A stretch of 64,000 nt of DNA from Octopus sinensis (Eukaryota). Each line of letters begins with the position of its first letter. The stretch's first letter is position 1. Shown here piece after piece: positions 24,958 to 38,672 of this stretch. The translations under genes were made by a program, and so were the position numbers. Under the pieces are notes generated by a model. That model saw nothing but the letters and a program-made list of their open reading frames with translations. It had not been told where the DNA came from and made no database searches. The DNA lies in NCBI RefSeq assembly GCF_006345805.1, contig NC_043003.1, forward strand, positions 83,018,001 to 83,082,000, given 5' to 3'.

Positions 24958-26959
24958 AAATTTTCTCTATGATATAACCATGATATAACTTTTTAATCAC
25001 ATGTATGTATGGCTGTATTATGTCAGAGTAGAGGACTTCACTTCTGAAATTATGAAAACATTGCAGAATATTGTACAATGAAATTGTGCTTTACCGACAT
25101 AATTGGAAACGAAAATATCTCGTAAAATTATACAAGTGTGCAGGACACCCCAGCATATTTAATTTTTATCTAGCTCCATGTGAGCTGTGGTTACGTAGGA
25201 CGACACTGTATGTCGTTATAATCATATCTCCTATATTGTTTTTCAAATAACATAAAGAAGTTATTAAGTTATTAAGTTGTTTCTTAAAGGATATGAGGGA
25301 AATTTCATTGATTCTTCTAGCATGTCAGATGTATTTTGTCTTTTGCTTGAGTGTAATATATTGTCTTCATGAAGTGTATCATGATCAAATATGCATTACA
25401 CTGCCTATAGTGTTCATTACAGCTAAATACTGTAGTAAATGAAGGAAGGTGTAGTTTACATACTATAAAATCCACATAGGCACCATTTTATGAAACTTTT
25501 GAGAGGTAAGTATTTTTATTGGTTACTCTGTAGGTGCTGATATTTCTGTGTGATTAAGATCCGACTTCGAATCCATTACCTGTTATCGTAGGCAAATGTC
25601 CTTTACTATGATTCCGAGTAGATCAGAGGTTCATCCTTGAAATTTGGCTGCTTGGATACTAGGATTAAAATTCCACCCACTCATATATGTGTGTATAATT
25701 GGCGCTTTGAGTTGTGAGTTCGATTCAAAGATTGATGAAATAAGAATCTGTAAATTACTACAATTGTTTCTATTATGTTCTTCAACTAACAAAATAGGGG
25801 GTTTTGCCAATGATATAAATCAATAATAATTTTTCGATTTCTTTCTTCTTCTACTTCAGTCTTACAAAACTATATATATTCTGTCATTATCTTATGGTGT
25901 AATTAGGAGAGTAATGTCAACGCGCATGTCGTTTTCTATATTTTCTGAAGCGAGTGAGAAAACGGAATATCTTCCTACTGGATACCTTGATTTTACTTGT
26001 AATCAAGCAAGAGACTAAGCTAACCGTTCTAAAATAAGAACCGTCCCTCCGATGGATTTCTATAGTTTCAATAGACTATTTTTTCTCACAAAATACTGCT
26101 GAGGTCTAAGCTAAGTTAGATGACGCATTTCCAATAAATACATGTTTGCGAAATGAACTTAACAAAACAGCCATGATAGAGTCCATAATTGGAGTTAGGT
26201 CAGAACATAAAGTGCAGGATTCTATACAATGCAACATATTTAATTGTATTAAAGCTTGTGCTTTGAAATACCAACTCAATCTATCGATTAAATTCAAGTA
26301 CATAAAAGAAACACAAAATATGTTGGTCGATATGCAATCAATTAAGTATAATGAAGTATGAAATATCCTAGATGGTATTTGAACTGAAAATGTAAAGTGA
26401 AATTACTAAATTCTATTAAATTTTGGTCCACCATGCTAGCATTACTTCACTTCCAGTCATTTGAATAGGGCTAATATTTTGATATAGAGGTAATTACCTA
26501 CATTCATCACCTAACTTCGTACGCATGTCATAAATCAATATCTGTTTCTTTATATTTTTTCAGTGCCACAAATACCCTTGATATGATAGAGTAATAAAAA
26601 AAAATTAAGGAATCTTTTCTAAATAACTCATGTAAGAAATTAATTTCGATTTATAATTCTAAAATGAAAATAGTCTAAAATACTTGCATAGATGTATAGT
26701 TGATACTATAGACCTGGTTAGATACTTACTTTATCTACCTGGAAGTTGAACAGGCAAATATTTAGATAGAAAATATGAATGAAAATATTCAATTGTTTCT
26801 CTTGTTCTACTGGTGATTTCTACTCTACCGTTCTCAACTTACTAAATAATTCATTTACTTGCATTATTGTTCTGCTTTATTTTCTCGATATGTTAATACG
26901 TCTTTTGCGACGAGGTTTATTTTTCACGTTGTCTATCATTGATCTCACTATCTCTCTCT

Positions 26960-26979
26960 CTATATATATATGTGTGTGT

Positions 26980-27024
<45 letters not shown>

Positions 27025-27080
27025 TGTGTGTGTGTGTGTATGTGTGTGTCTGTGTCTGTGTGTCTGTGTGTCTGTCCGCG
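26960..27080. repeat. (TG)n microsatellite
   Basis: Direct reading. Confidence 0.95.
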
Positions 27081-27089
27081 TGTGTATAG

Positions 27090-27618
27090 GTTTGGCTGAC
27101 GAGTTATGAAATAATTGAGATTCAGTTGAATTAGGTACTTTAGTCAGTCCGGTATTATCCGCACAGCTCGAAATAAGGTGAATTAAATCAAAATAAGCAA
27201 CAGGATATCAAGAAGTGATGCAGTACGACCGATTCAATCAGCTCCATTTAATTGAACAATGCAACCATTGCATCGATTTAAATGCAGGACTATCATCAGC
27301 TGCACAAACTGAATTTTTAATCAGTTGGACACATTAGTATAATTTTTCTCAAGCAAGAAGATGGAAGAATCCATGTTGTCGCTATTGCAGCTAGGAAGAG
27401 ACTACACTTCCAAGAAAGACAGGAAGCTCATTAGGGTCATAGCTTGTAAAGGATTGTGGTTCATTACTAATTTATTTGTCTTTTTATCAACTACTAAATC
27501 TAAGACTAGAGGACTGTGTCTCTTTTGAATGAAGGGCAAGAGTGAGTTGACAGCTCATGGCTAGGTATGGTCATAAATATTGTCAAGATATTAGGAGTAT
27601 GAATTGGGTATAAAGTAA
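27090..27618 (-). mobile_element. HHR family 4 element, left arm of an inverted pair
   Basis: 27186-27618 is the diverged reverse complement of 28276-28699; tail homologous to 43131-43260. Confidence 0.8.
27219..27304 (-). ncRNA. Type I hammerhead, GAAA mutated to GAAT
   Basis: TGCAG CTGATGA ..long helix II.. GAAT CGGTCG TA CTGCA; 5-bp helix I. Confidence 0.7.
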
Positions 27619-27775
27619 TCTTATAAATAGTTATCTTTTTTGTTCGTAAATAGATACTTTTTAGTTACTGAAGTGTATGCGATATGGTTATATTATATCC
27701 ATATAAACGTATAAATATTTACGTATGTTTGCATGTGGGCACATAGATAATTATGTGTTTATTTTTCTTCTTTTT

Positions 27776-27976
27776 TTCTTTTACTTGTTTCAGTCATTTG
27801 ACTGCGGCCATACTGGGGCACCACCTTTAGTCGAGCAAATCGAACCCGGGACTTATTCTTTGTAAGCCCAGTACTTATACTATCGGTCTCTTTTTGCCGA
27901 ACCGCTAGGTGACGGGGACGTAAACACACCAGCATCTGTTGTCAGCAATGCTAAGGGGACAAACACAGACACACAA

Positions 27977-28039
<63 letters not shown>

Positions 28040-28204
28040 TACGACAGACTTCTTTCAGTTTCCGTCAACAAAATCCACTCACAAGGCATTGGTCGGCCCG
28101 GGGCTATAGCAGAATACACTTGCCCAAGCTGCCACGCAGTGGGACTGAACCCGGAACCATGTGGTTGGCTAGCAAACTACTTACCACACAGCCTCTCCTG
28201 CGCC
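27776..28204 (-). mobile_element. SINE family B between the family 4 arms
   Basis: Reverse complement of the family B consensus. Confidence 0.92.
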
Positions 28205-28275
28205 TATGTATCTGTAGACATCTTTATTTTTTTCTGATTCTTGGCTTATAATTAATTTATAAGGGATATAGACAG

Positions 28276-28699
28276 TTACTCTATACCCAATTTACTACTC
28301 TTAATATCTCAACAATATTATGACCATACCTACACATAAGCTGTCAACTCACGCTTTCCCTTCATTCCAAAAAGACACAGTCCTCTAGTCTTAGATTTGT
28401 TAGTTGATAAAAAGACAAATAAATTAGAAATGAACCACAATCCTTTATAAGCTATGACCTCAGTGAGCTTAATGCCTTTCTTGGAAGTGTAGTCGATTCC
28501 TAGCCACAATAGCGACAACATGTATCGTTTTGCTCTGTTAAAGTATTTGAGAAAAATTATATTAATGTGTCCAACTGATTAAAAATTATATTTGCCCTGC
28601 ATTTAAATTGATTTAGTGATTGCATTGTTCAGTTAAATGGATCCGCTTGAAAACGGTTGTACTGCATCACTTCTTGATATTATGTTGCTTGTTTTGATT
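28276..28699 (+). mobile_element. HHR family 4 element, right arm (CUGANGA half deleted)
   Basis: Retains GAAAACGGTTG TA CTGCATCACTTCTTGATAT..TTTTGATT then (TA)n. Confidence 0.8.
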
Positions 28700-31600
28700 A
28701 TATATACATATATATATATATATATACATTTCTCTCTCTCTTTTACTATCTCCCTCTCTCTCTGTAAGTAAAATACTTCGTTGCTAGTTCATATCTCACA
28801 CCCCTCTCATATACCTGTTACAGTGTCTCTCTATCTATCTCACTTTCTCTTCCAATATTCCTGTCTAGTTTTCTATTTCTTGACGTTATTCTATTTTATT
28901 CTTGTTCAAACGCCTCTGCAGATGTTATGTCTATTACAATATTTAATTAATCAAATTCATTAATAATCTATTGTTTCACAAAATTGAGAGTAAATTAATA
29001 CGAATTTAATGCTAATCTTAACTGATTCGTAATAAATTTTTCTACTGATTTTACTGTTCCTGCCGAAGCATACTGCGTTTCAGATGTTATCTGGTTTAAA
29101 GCAATTAACGTCTAACGCAATTCTGTCGTAGACAAGTATGGAAATCGAATCTTTTTCTGCAGCAGTTTGATATTATATTGCTAGAAGAAATGTGATTTCA
29201 GAAAAAAAAATAGAGTTCTTATAGTGTTATGATGAGACAGATTTCCCAACTTTTTTTAGTCGTGTCCTTTATCAGAGATACTGCAACGCACATATAAGTA
29301 TTTGGTTCAAAATGACAATAAGATAAAACTATAAATTACTTTAGCTAGGAAGTCGAAATTATATACAGGAAAGAGTAATCTCTTTATAATATATTTACAT
29401 CTATACAATTCTTCAACTTATTTGAATCACATTTATTTGCTTCCTTTTCGAATTCCAGTAAATTAATCCTGTTTTTTTTCCATTCAATCAAACAAGAAAA
29501 CTTATTTTGCTGGCTTTAAGTTCAGTTAAATATCGGAGAATGATAGATAAAAAACAATTTTAAAAAAAGAATACATTATGAATTTGTTCTAAGTATTATA
29601 AATATATAAACATACAAATGCATTCATGCATGAACTGAATCGGCGGTCAGTCAACTCGTTTTATATTTTCAATGTGTACATTACATGTGCATGAAAAGAC
29701 GAGCGGCGCAGCTAGTTTTAACACTTTGAATGCAAACAACATCAGAAATTAAGAAATTAATTTTAAAAATTATATATTGGTGAAAAGATAAAAGTAATAT
29801 TTGTCAGCAGTTGTGTAAGATAACTCCGGACATATTTCGGTATCAACAGACTTCGTTAGCGAATGCCTATTTTCGAATTAGCGTTTTAGTGTCCCTTATA
29901 TTCAATAAACTAGTGTTATCTTAATATCTTATAACTTTTGTTTCTTTGAACAAGAAGCAAATCTTTATAAAATCATTTGTTTTATACTCAATGTGGATAG
30001 ATTGATATAGTTATAAGGATGAGAATAATGGATTATCAGGAAGGCGTTTCAAAAACTTGATTTCACCCTGATTTCACTTCGTTGAATTAGAACTTCCTTA
30101 ATTTAGTGCAATAATCTGCATCGAAAAACATTTTCTTATTATCATTTCAATTATCTTTCAATTGCTCTGTTCATTAGAATATAGTTTTAATTTGCATCAA
30201 GTGTTACACTACGCCTCGCGGAAGAATCTGCTACGATAAAACAAGTCCAGAATTGTCGCTATGGTGCTAAATATAAGACATGCTCACCGCTATATTCTAA
30301 ATTTAATTAATTTGCATCACCTAGCATCTCTTGGTTGTCCCACCAATTATGTTTGTATAGTAATTAGTCGTTCTATATTTTGTGTTCTCATCAGTAAATG
30401 TAAAGATTTAATCAATGGAAATAATCTGGTTCATTGCACCAAGTATACTAGCACCCATTGATACTCGACTAGGTCACTGTTTGCAACATCTCGTCTTGAA
30501 AACACGCATGCAAATGTTCACCAGCTTGAGAAAATCCCCAATGAACTCAGCTAGCGAACAATAAGATGAAATATTGCAATATTTTAAAATATCTATCTTT
30601 ATTTCTAGATAACGTCATGGACTATATAACTCGTAACAACAACGGCCAAAAATAATACACTATTAGAGATAAATATGTGTGAAACTAAACGGTTGAATTC
30701 GGAATGCGGAGAAAGTATCGTTTGAACACTTTCAATTAAAAGTGACTAGCACAAAGTTAGTTCGTAATTTTGGGACTCAAATATTTGTTGCTTAATAAGG
30801 TGAAAACATAGCCGAATTTAGTGTTAGATGTGCTGTGTAATGCTTGGTGTTTACAGAGAAATGTATTGAATATTTTCCGTTATTAATTACTTTAATGAGA
30901 AATATTTACATCTCAAACCGCATAGAGAGTCAATTATAAATTACATTCTATACACGTATACATTACTTAAAATGAATAACATCCAAATTAACGATCCAAA
31001 TATTACGTAAAGCTGTCTTTGATAATTATAAGTAATCGTAATCGCGAGTAACAGCAATACCAAGATTTTGTATGTTATCTCATTACTTGCTATAAAATAC
31101 CTTCAAATTATTTGGCTTCGATTATTGAAATTCCTTTTTTGCTTTTGAGTGATTTTTGTTAATTTTTCTTGCTATAATGCTAGAAGCAACGAAAATTAGG
31201 ATTCTCACATTGAAAGAAATGTACATAATACTATGGTATCCTTTGAGCCAATATTAGATTATACTTACATATGTAACTGTCTGTTTTAGCAATTAGTGAT
31301 TAACTCTTGAGAAGTGGAATACCTTGGTTTGCCACAGGGAAGATGAAACGCCAGACATGAGTGATTAATGGTTTCTGATTAGTGAAATTAATAAAGTGGA
31401 ATTACAAGGTGACATTTGTTGGACGGTGGTAAAAATGGGGAGATGAACAAGAAGGGATAGAGTAAATATAAGGTGAACAGAAAGCAACCTGGTAATCAAT
31501 ACGAAATTTAGCAAATTTGAGAAGAACGAGGAGAGGTTTGAGAATTTGCAAACGAAGAGAAAGAGAGAAGGAAAGTGCTGCGGTTAGAAGAAGGGAATGA

Positions 31601-34600
31601 AAAATATGCAACTGAAGCTGCAAACCTGCAAATGTTAGATTGAGAAGAGTCTGTTAGAAGAATGAAATGTGTTCATTTATGCATGCGAGAAAGGAATTCT
31701 TATAATGACGTGGTACGATTTTATGCCTTTTCGATGGCTCGACAAACTAAGAGATGATCTACAAAGTGCAATGGTGACTTAGAATGCCTGGCTGTGAATA
31801 TCGATCACATAATTGACTGTTGGTTTCACCCGCAATAGAAATTTGCGAAGTTTACAAGTGTTGCCGTAAATCAGATTGGCAATGTACAGTCAAAGAGATC
31901 AATAACTTGGCATTGAGTTTGGCCATTAGTTATAAGTGTACTGAGGATAATGGGAAATATGTAGAAAATAGCGAAGGAGAAATTGTAGGTCTAGAATGTC
32001 ATTTTCTAATTGGTTCTCAACGTGACTGGAGATAGAATTACATCTAAACATCTCATCAAAATAATTAATAACATAAAAGTATTCAATATGTTTCTCTATA
32101 AACATCGACATTATTCTCCAGACCTAACATTATATTGAGTTATATGTTTTATCCTTAATAAACATATTTACGTCCTAAAATTATGAACTAACTTTATGGT
32201 GGTCATTTTTAATTGAAAGAATATAAATTATATAGTTCTTTAGATTCTGGAAAATTCAACTTACCTTTTTTTACATCAAAGTTTTGTATGTTTCTTAATA
32301 ATTGCTTGATAAACTACATTTCGCAATCATTTAGCTCTATACGATTTTATTGCCGTTCTCGTTACGAATCTCGTCATCTTCCTCGTAATATAGAAATAAT
32401 CATAGAAGTGTTAAGACATATTTCTATTTCATATTATAGGGTATCTTACATTATTGACGGCGGGTTTCTCATTCTGATGGACATTTGAAAGCGAGTGTTA
32501 AATGAGAGACTTTGCAAAGCGCCAAGTTGTTGAATATGAATGGAGAAATAAACAGGGCGCTAGCAAACTTGATATAGTAAACAAGGGGAGAATGGAGCAT
32601 AGCAAGGATACGACCGATAAGAATTTTTGCAAATTTAATAAGTAGCGCGAGATTAACGCATATAGAGATCGACGATGGGAGAGGGTTATGGTCAAGAGAA
32701 AGGCAGAAGAAATATATAAGGGTTACCAAATTACCGACTTGTTAAACAGATTGCGGTGTGTTGGAAGATGAGATACAGGCATTAATGAATGTGAGCTTGG
32801 GATACTCAGATAAACTATATATTTTTTTAATCATTTAAGCTTATTCCAGTTATAAAAGCAATCAGTATATGGAATAAATACTTGTTCTCAAGAAACGGCA
32901 GGGCAGATATGTGAAATATGTTAATTAATGAAACTTAATTATAGAGTGTCGTGTTTGATTTTTAGCAGCACAATGACAACTCTATACAGCTTTATGTCTT
33001 CTTAGACTAAGCTTTTATTCGTTACGGCATAACGTAATATTGGATATCATTGTATAATTCCCAGAGTGAATAGTTAACAGGGGGAGATTGGGCATTAATA
33101 CAAAATGTTGAGCATAATTAAGGCACATCCTGCTGACTATCACCAATATAATGGTTTTCCGGTGGAATCCATCGAGAAAAGGAGGATCGACTCGTATTCA
33201 GTAAAGTATCTTCCTAATGTTTTAAATTTTAGAAGGAAAATTGTGTAAGACATGTTTGAGAGTTTAGAGCCAGTTATTGTACGTTAGGTTGCCTATAGTT
33301 ACTCGTTGTACAAGAATTGTAGTTGCTGATGTTTAGGATGTTTCCCTGCTTAAAGTTATTAAAGGATGCCAAGTATTCTTCATGCCTGATGTAACTTATA
33401 TAAATTTGAAGACTGAGGAATCTACCTTTTATATGAACTAGAACGTAGTCGATGAAACTGTTTGTAGTTGACTTGGGCATTTTCATCATAAACGTTCTTG
33501 TGTTACTTTTTATTAATATTCTTTTAAAAACACAATAGGAAAAGTCTCTACACCAATTGAATTTCAATCATCATCAAGCAAACTGAATACTATTATTATC
33601 CAGGTAGAATAACAGTTACATTTAGTAATTTCAGTCAATGCAACTTTAAGAAATGTATCACGAAATATTAGCGATATATTTCTTCCGTCACACAAGGTAT
33701 CGACAATTCTGCATTTAAGGTACTAATACTGTCTCGTTCTCTTCATGGGAAATGTGAATATAACACGTTTCTCCTGTTTATACTGAAGGGAATTCTAAAT
33801 GTATCAAGTTCTTGAAATTAACTACTGAATATTAAGCACAGCACGCTATCTCTAAAGGCTAAAACAATATCTATACTCGAGTGACATGTCCTATATAAAT
33901 ATTCAACGAGTGATGTACGCGAATGTTGTGATTTTGTGTCTAGAAATGTTTAATTACTTATGGATTCATATATTCATTACAGCACCGACATATGCTTAAG
34001 TATCTTGATAATTAAAAATCTCAACAAATTACTAAAACCTTCATGATCTGCTTCTAAGTCAAATATCAATTATTTTCTATGCAAAACAGTAAATTATTTT
34101 CATTGGAGAGCAATAGTAAATACGAATAAAAACAAACTTGAGAAACCATTCAATGTGATGTGTATTGTGCATAGGTGGGCGTATGTGCGTATTCAATTTG
34201 TAAAACAGGATGGCTGCCATCAGTTGCTATTCAATGAGCGATGAACGAGCGCGATAGCTACTGTATTGTAGCTGAAATTACTAGAAATAACAGCTAAAGA
34301 TCAATCAAAAATCAATGCCTATTAACTCTGTGTCCAGTTCCTATTAAAATAGGGACAGGGCACATTTGATAATGTATTTGTAAACATACTTGAAAAAATG
34401 GAATGATTTTGTTAAATATAATCACAAAGGTATAAATATGATTGAAAATTTGATTAATTTCATCATCTCGTTTGCTTGAAATGAATAGTGAAGAAAATCA
34501 CAGAAGAACATTCATACTGAAAGTCCTGACGTCTATCTTTAATAGCTAAATGGTTTACTTCTAGAACGATTTTGATATTTTGTCGTCCGGGGAAATATTA

Positions 34601-36120
34601 TAGTGACGCATTGAAAATCGAAATACCCACTCAAATTTGGGAGCAGATGCTAGATAACTGTTAAATCCTTGCAAACTGTGCTAAATTTTAAAAACATACA
34701 TTGGATCGACCACCTTGCTAGGAATCACGTGCTGCGCATGGTATGCAAATGTCTCACGATGTTTTTGAAGTGACCCGTAAAAAAGCCAAAATAAAGAACA
34801 ATTGAGTGTTAAGATAATGTAGAATTGCTGTTTTGCAGAGTAGTAGCACGTATTCCCAGCCACTAATTAATTACTAGTGATATATCTATAGCTTAAAATA
34901 ATCATCCACGTGTGTACGCACACTCATGTCTATCTGTCATATTTTGACCTTTCCCTTCAACATTTGAACTCAATTCACTCTTCTGAACTTAATTTACAAT
35001 ATTTTCGCATTGATGTATGTGTGCGTGAGGGAATTGGGTGGATATTCCTAGAAATGAAATGATTTATTCGCTTACATTCATTGCTAGTATGTTACTTTCC
35101 TGATATTACATTTACCATGCAACAGTCTATGGGGAGTTTCTCTTTCGTAAATTGCCCTCATATGAATCTCATATTCATTCCATAGAAATTATATAGGGAG
35201 TAATTGCATTTTATTGTCGTTTGTCGAATCTATATACATATAAGATATTCGATTAGCACTGGAAAAATAGTATATTCACGTTTTATGCACGTACATTTGC
35301 TCTCTCTAAAGATAATTTTATTTTGAGCAATGACGTCGTTTCGTTCTCGAGAAAACTTTTATTCTCTTATTACTGTATTCCTGAACTAGTATCACAACAG
35401 ATTGAGTAATCAATTTAATGCTTACCAACAATACGTCGTTAACTGATATAATTAGCCATTATTAAATATGGTGGCATCTATCTCAACATTTTTGTTTCTG
35501 ATATCACGTGACGTCAGGAGTCATGCGGTTACCACAAGTATTATAAAAGCTTTTTCATTTGTTCATACTTGTAACTTAAATATTTTCTTACATTATATTT
35601 AGTGCACATAGAAAAATTGATATGTAACTTCTCCAGTATTTTCTAATTACATTATATATTATGATAAAAATTGAGGAAAAAAATATTAATGATATAATGA
35701 TTACAGTTTTACAAATGGGAGTTCATTCAGTATACTACAACTACAATAGTATTACAGAAAATTTTTTTGAACTTCCTCACTTCATCTCTATAATTTATTC
35801 ACAAAATCTGTGAATTCACTAAAAATTAACATCGGTTCAACCTGTTACTTTTCACTTTTTAAGACACCTCAACAGCGTAGGCGAATTGAATTGTGTCAAA
35901 GTGCAATGACTGTGCCAGGTTTTGCTTTAAACCATGATACTCGATTTTTACTGTTAAAAAAGATATTTGTAAAACTTTTAACAATTGAATGACTCATAGA
36001 AAACCATTGTAATAGACAACGTTGTCCTGTTCACGCACATGAAACTAGATAGTTATGAAAGAATACCATGATCTGCATCTGCTGGAAAATGTTGCCCTAA
36101 ACAACATCAAGTAAGAGCAA

Positions 36121-36343
36121 AACCATTTTCAAAGGTGTATTCTTTAAGCTATTTTCATGTCTGATTATTATTGTTATTTCTATTCCATTCTACCAAAACT
36201 GTCCGACGAACGGGAACGTAAAACTCTGAGTAACAGTTTTTGTGATATTTCTGCTGCTTTTCAATAAAGCATATTACTCTACCTCTGGTATTTGAGTACT
36301 CTTTTTTTCCACCTTGTTTCGCATTTATGTACTTACTCCGGTA
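36121..36343 (+). mobile_element. Penelope-type 3' fragment with HHR family 2 (G12 to A)
   Basis: AAAACTGT CCGACGA ACG-GGAA-CGT AAAA CTCTGAG TA ACAGTTTT (36195-36240), AATAAA, tail ends CCGGTA then (TA)n. Confidence 0.85.
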
Positions 36344-36839
36344 CATATATATATATAAGTAATCGTAATCCCCTTCACCGTTTTCTATCTGTCTCTTTCT
36401 CTCCCCATCTTTCTCCCTTTCTCTCTTTCATTGCTAACACGTGACCATCTTTCTTTTCCTCACGTGATCATCTATCTCTTCTCTTATGAAAAATATTTCT
36501 CCAGCGTTTGCTATTTTACCCTCGTTCAGGTCTATGACGACCCTCCATGTTTGTTTTCGTTCGGTTTTCTTATATGTCTCCACTGTCCTGTTTTTGTTCC
36601 CAACTTTGACCCTCCAGAAATCCAAAATTTTATTTTGGTATTTATGGGAGCAACTGTCTTCGAAGACTCATATTGTCGTTGAATACTAGAAATGACGAGT
36701 AGATAGACAGCCGACAACTGAAGAGTCATTCAATGTGTTACTTGTCCTGTTTTCCATCTGTTTCTCTCGTTGTTTGCGTATTGAACTCATTTGTTTTCGT
36801 ATTTCATGTTGTTTACTGTGACGCCCTGTACACATATAA

Positions 36840-36883
<44 letters not shown>

Positions 36884-36884
36884 G

Positions 36885-37105
36885 TATGTATTTATCTATC
36901 TGTCTATGTTTGTCCCCACACCATCACTTGACAACCATTGTTAGTTTGTTTACATCCCCGTCACCTAGCGGTTCGGCCAAGTGACCGATATATTTACTAC
37001 TTGGCTTACAAAGAATGGGTCGTGCGGTCTATTCGTTTGACTATAAGCAGTGATCCAGTATGGCTACAGTCAAATGACTGAAACAAGTAGAAGAAATAAA
37101 AGAAT
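36885..37105 (+). mobile_element. SINE family B, 3' half only, preceded by (TA)n
   Basis: TTTGTCCCCA..AGCGGTTCGGC..CAGTCAAATGACTGAAACAAG; the head is absent. Confidence 0.8.
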
Positions 37106-37143
37106 ATATGCATGTTCTGTTTTTTTAGTATATATATATATAT

Positions 37144-37623
37144 AGACATGGTGCCGAGCCCATTAAGAAATGTAATTTCAAAAACGAAAGCTCCTGTCCG
37201 TTAGAAGGGAAATGTCTAGTGAAAGGAGTAGTTTATAGAGCCAAGGTGCAAGTGGAAGGCTCATCGGAATACAAGACATACACAGGGGCTTCAGAAAATT
37301 CATTTAAAACAAGATTTTATTCTCATAAGAATTCTTTTAAATACCCAGAGAATTGGAAGAAAACCAGCCTAGCAAAATATGTCTGGGAACTAAAAGAAAA
37401 GGAAGCCCCACCTTTCAACGTGACATGGAGCATTCTGGACAGGGCGGCACCATACAGACATGGAGCTTACAAATATAATTTCAAGTGCAAGCTTTGCTTA
37501 TTAGAGAAAATGCACATATTATTCAAAGACAATAATTCTTTGAATCAAAGAAGTGAGTTAATGAACTTATGTAGGCACGCGGCTAAATTTAAAATGTCGA
37601 ATATAAATATACCATATGGATAG
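37144..37623 (+). pseudogene. GIY-YIG endonuclease domain of a Penelope-like element (open frame, no 5' end)
   Basis: CPLEGKCLVKGVVYRAKV..YTGASENSFKTRFYSHKNSF..LAKYVWELK..CKLCLLEK..LNQRSELMNLCRH: VVY/YTG motifs, catalytic R, and LCL.EK, N.RSEL and CRH typical of PLE endonucleases. Confidence 0.9.
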
Positions 37624-38623
37624 AGTATATATTTTGTATTTTGATTTTTTGATTTTGATTTTGACTCTTGAGCGCTACGACGGACCTATAGCAAAGTCTT
37701 ATTGTTTCTACATATATATTAGGAAAAACCTACAAACTTTGTTTTCATGTTATTGTATTGCATAAGATTACCTTGATTATTTATATTACCTTGATTATTT
37801 ATAAATGACCCAAAATAGGATGTTATATTTTATTTTATATGTCTTTCGTATATATTTTTATTAATGCACCCATTTTTTAAAAGCAATGTTTTTTTAAAAG
37901 CAATGTTGTCAAATTTAGAATGTTTATATAAGTTTGTGTATAGCAAAGCATATGTATTTGTAAGCATGCGTATCTGTGTATGTGTAAGTGAAAGTATGCT
38001 TGTGCTTAAGCACGCATACACACGACGGTATGTATATGTATCAATTCAACTTGTGTATGTATACTGGCCTCTATAGATGCCAATAATATCGCTACAAGTT
38101 TTTTCCCTACCTCTCCTTCGTTCCTTTTTCTCTCTTTCCCTTTCTTTCGTTCCCCCTCCTTGCTCAGTATATGAGAATTGCTACATAGATGAATTTTAGC
38201 TTGCGTGCGAGACGGTTTGCGTGGATATATGTACACATGCTTTTATGTGTATAATTTAGATTCATATTCATACGTCTGTATATGTATGTATGGCGTTTAC
38301 GCGCATCCTTTTGTGTATGTTGATATATATATGTGGATTTTAATATAAATATGTATTGCAGTATTTATAACAGGTTTAATTTCTATGCATTAATTTGTAC
38401 TGTCTTCATTAACGGCAATAGGTTTTTTCCTCGGTTTTTTCCTCGGATTTTATAATTTTTATAAGTTTTTTTATATATATATACATATATTTTTGACCTT
38501 TTTGTTTATCGCTCGAAGATTGACCGTTTTTTCAAAAGGGCCAATCAAACAAGTCCATTTCTTTTTAAAGGTGTAGCGTTTGTAAGAGTATAGATTGAAT
38601 TTATATATATGTTCCATTCTAGC

Positions 38624-38672
38624 AAAAACTGTCTGATGAACGGCAACGAGAAACTCAGAGTAACAGATTTTG
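38624..38672 (+). ncRNA. Minimal type I hammerhead, core intact (family 2)
   Basis: AAAAACTGT CTGATGA ACG-GCAA-CGA GAAA CTCAGAG TA ACAGATTTT; one mismatch each in helices I and II. Confidence 0.85.

Noticed and set aside
25308-25512. Splice-like signals (TTCTTCTAG..GAG/GTAAGT)
   Set aside because: All three frames between them contain stops; such motifs are frequent by chance in AT-rich DNA.
26106-26361. ORF faintly resembling a hAT dimerisation domain (LRNEL..IESIIGVR)
   Set aside because: Similarity is too weak, with no TIRs or other transposase motifs.
38505-38560. Possible second hammerhead in the Penelope 3' region (CTCGAAGA..CAAACAAGTC)
   Set aside because: Both core halves are altered and helix I does not pair.
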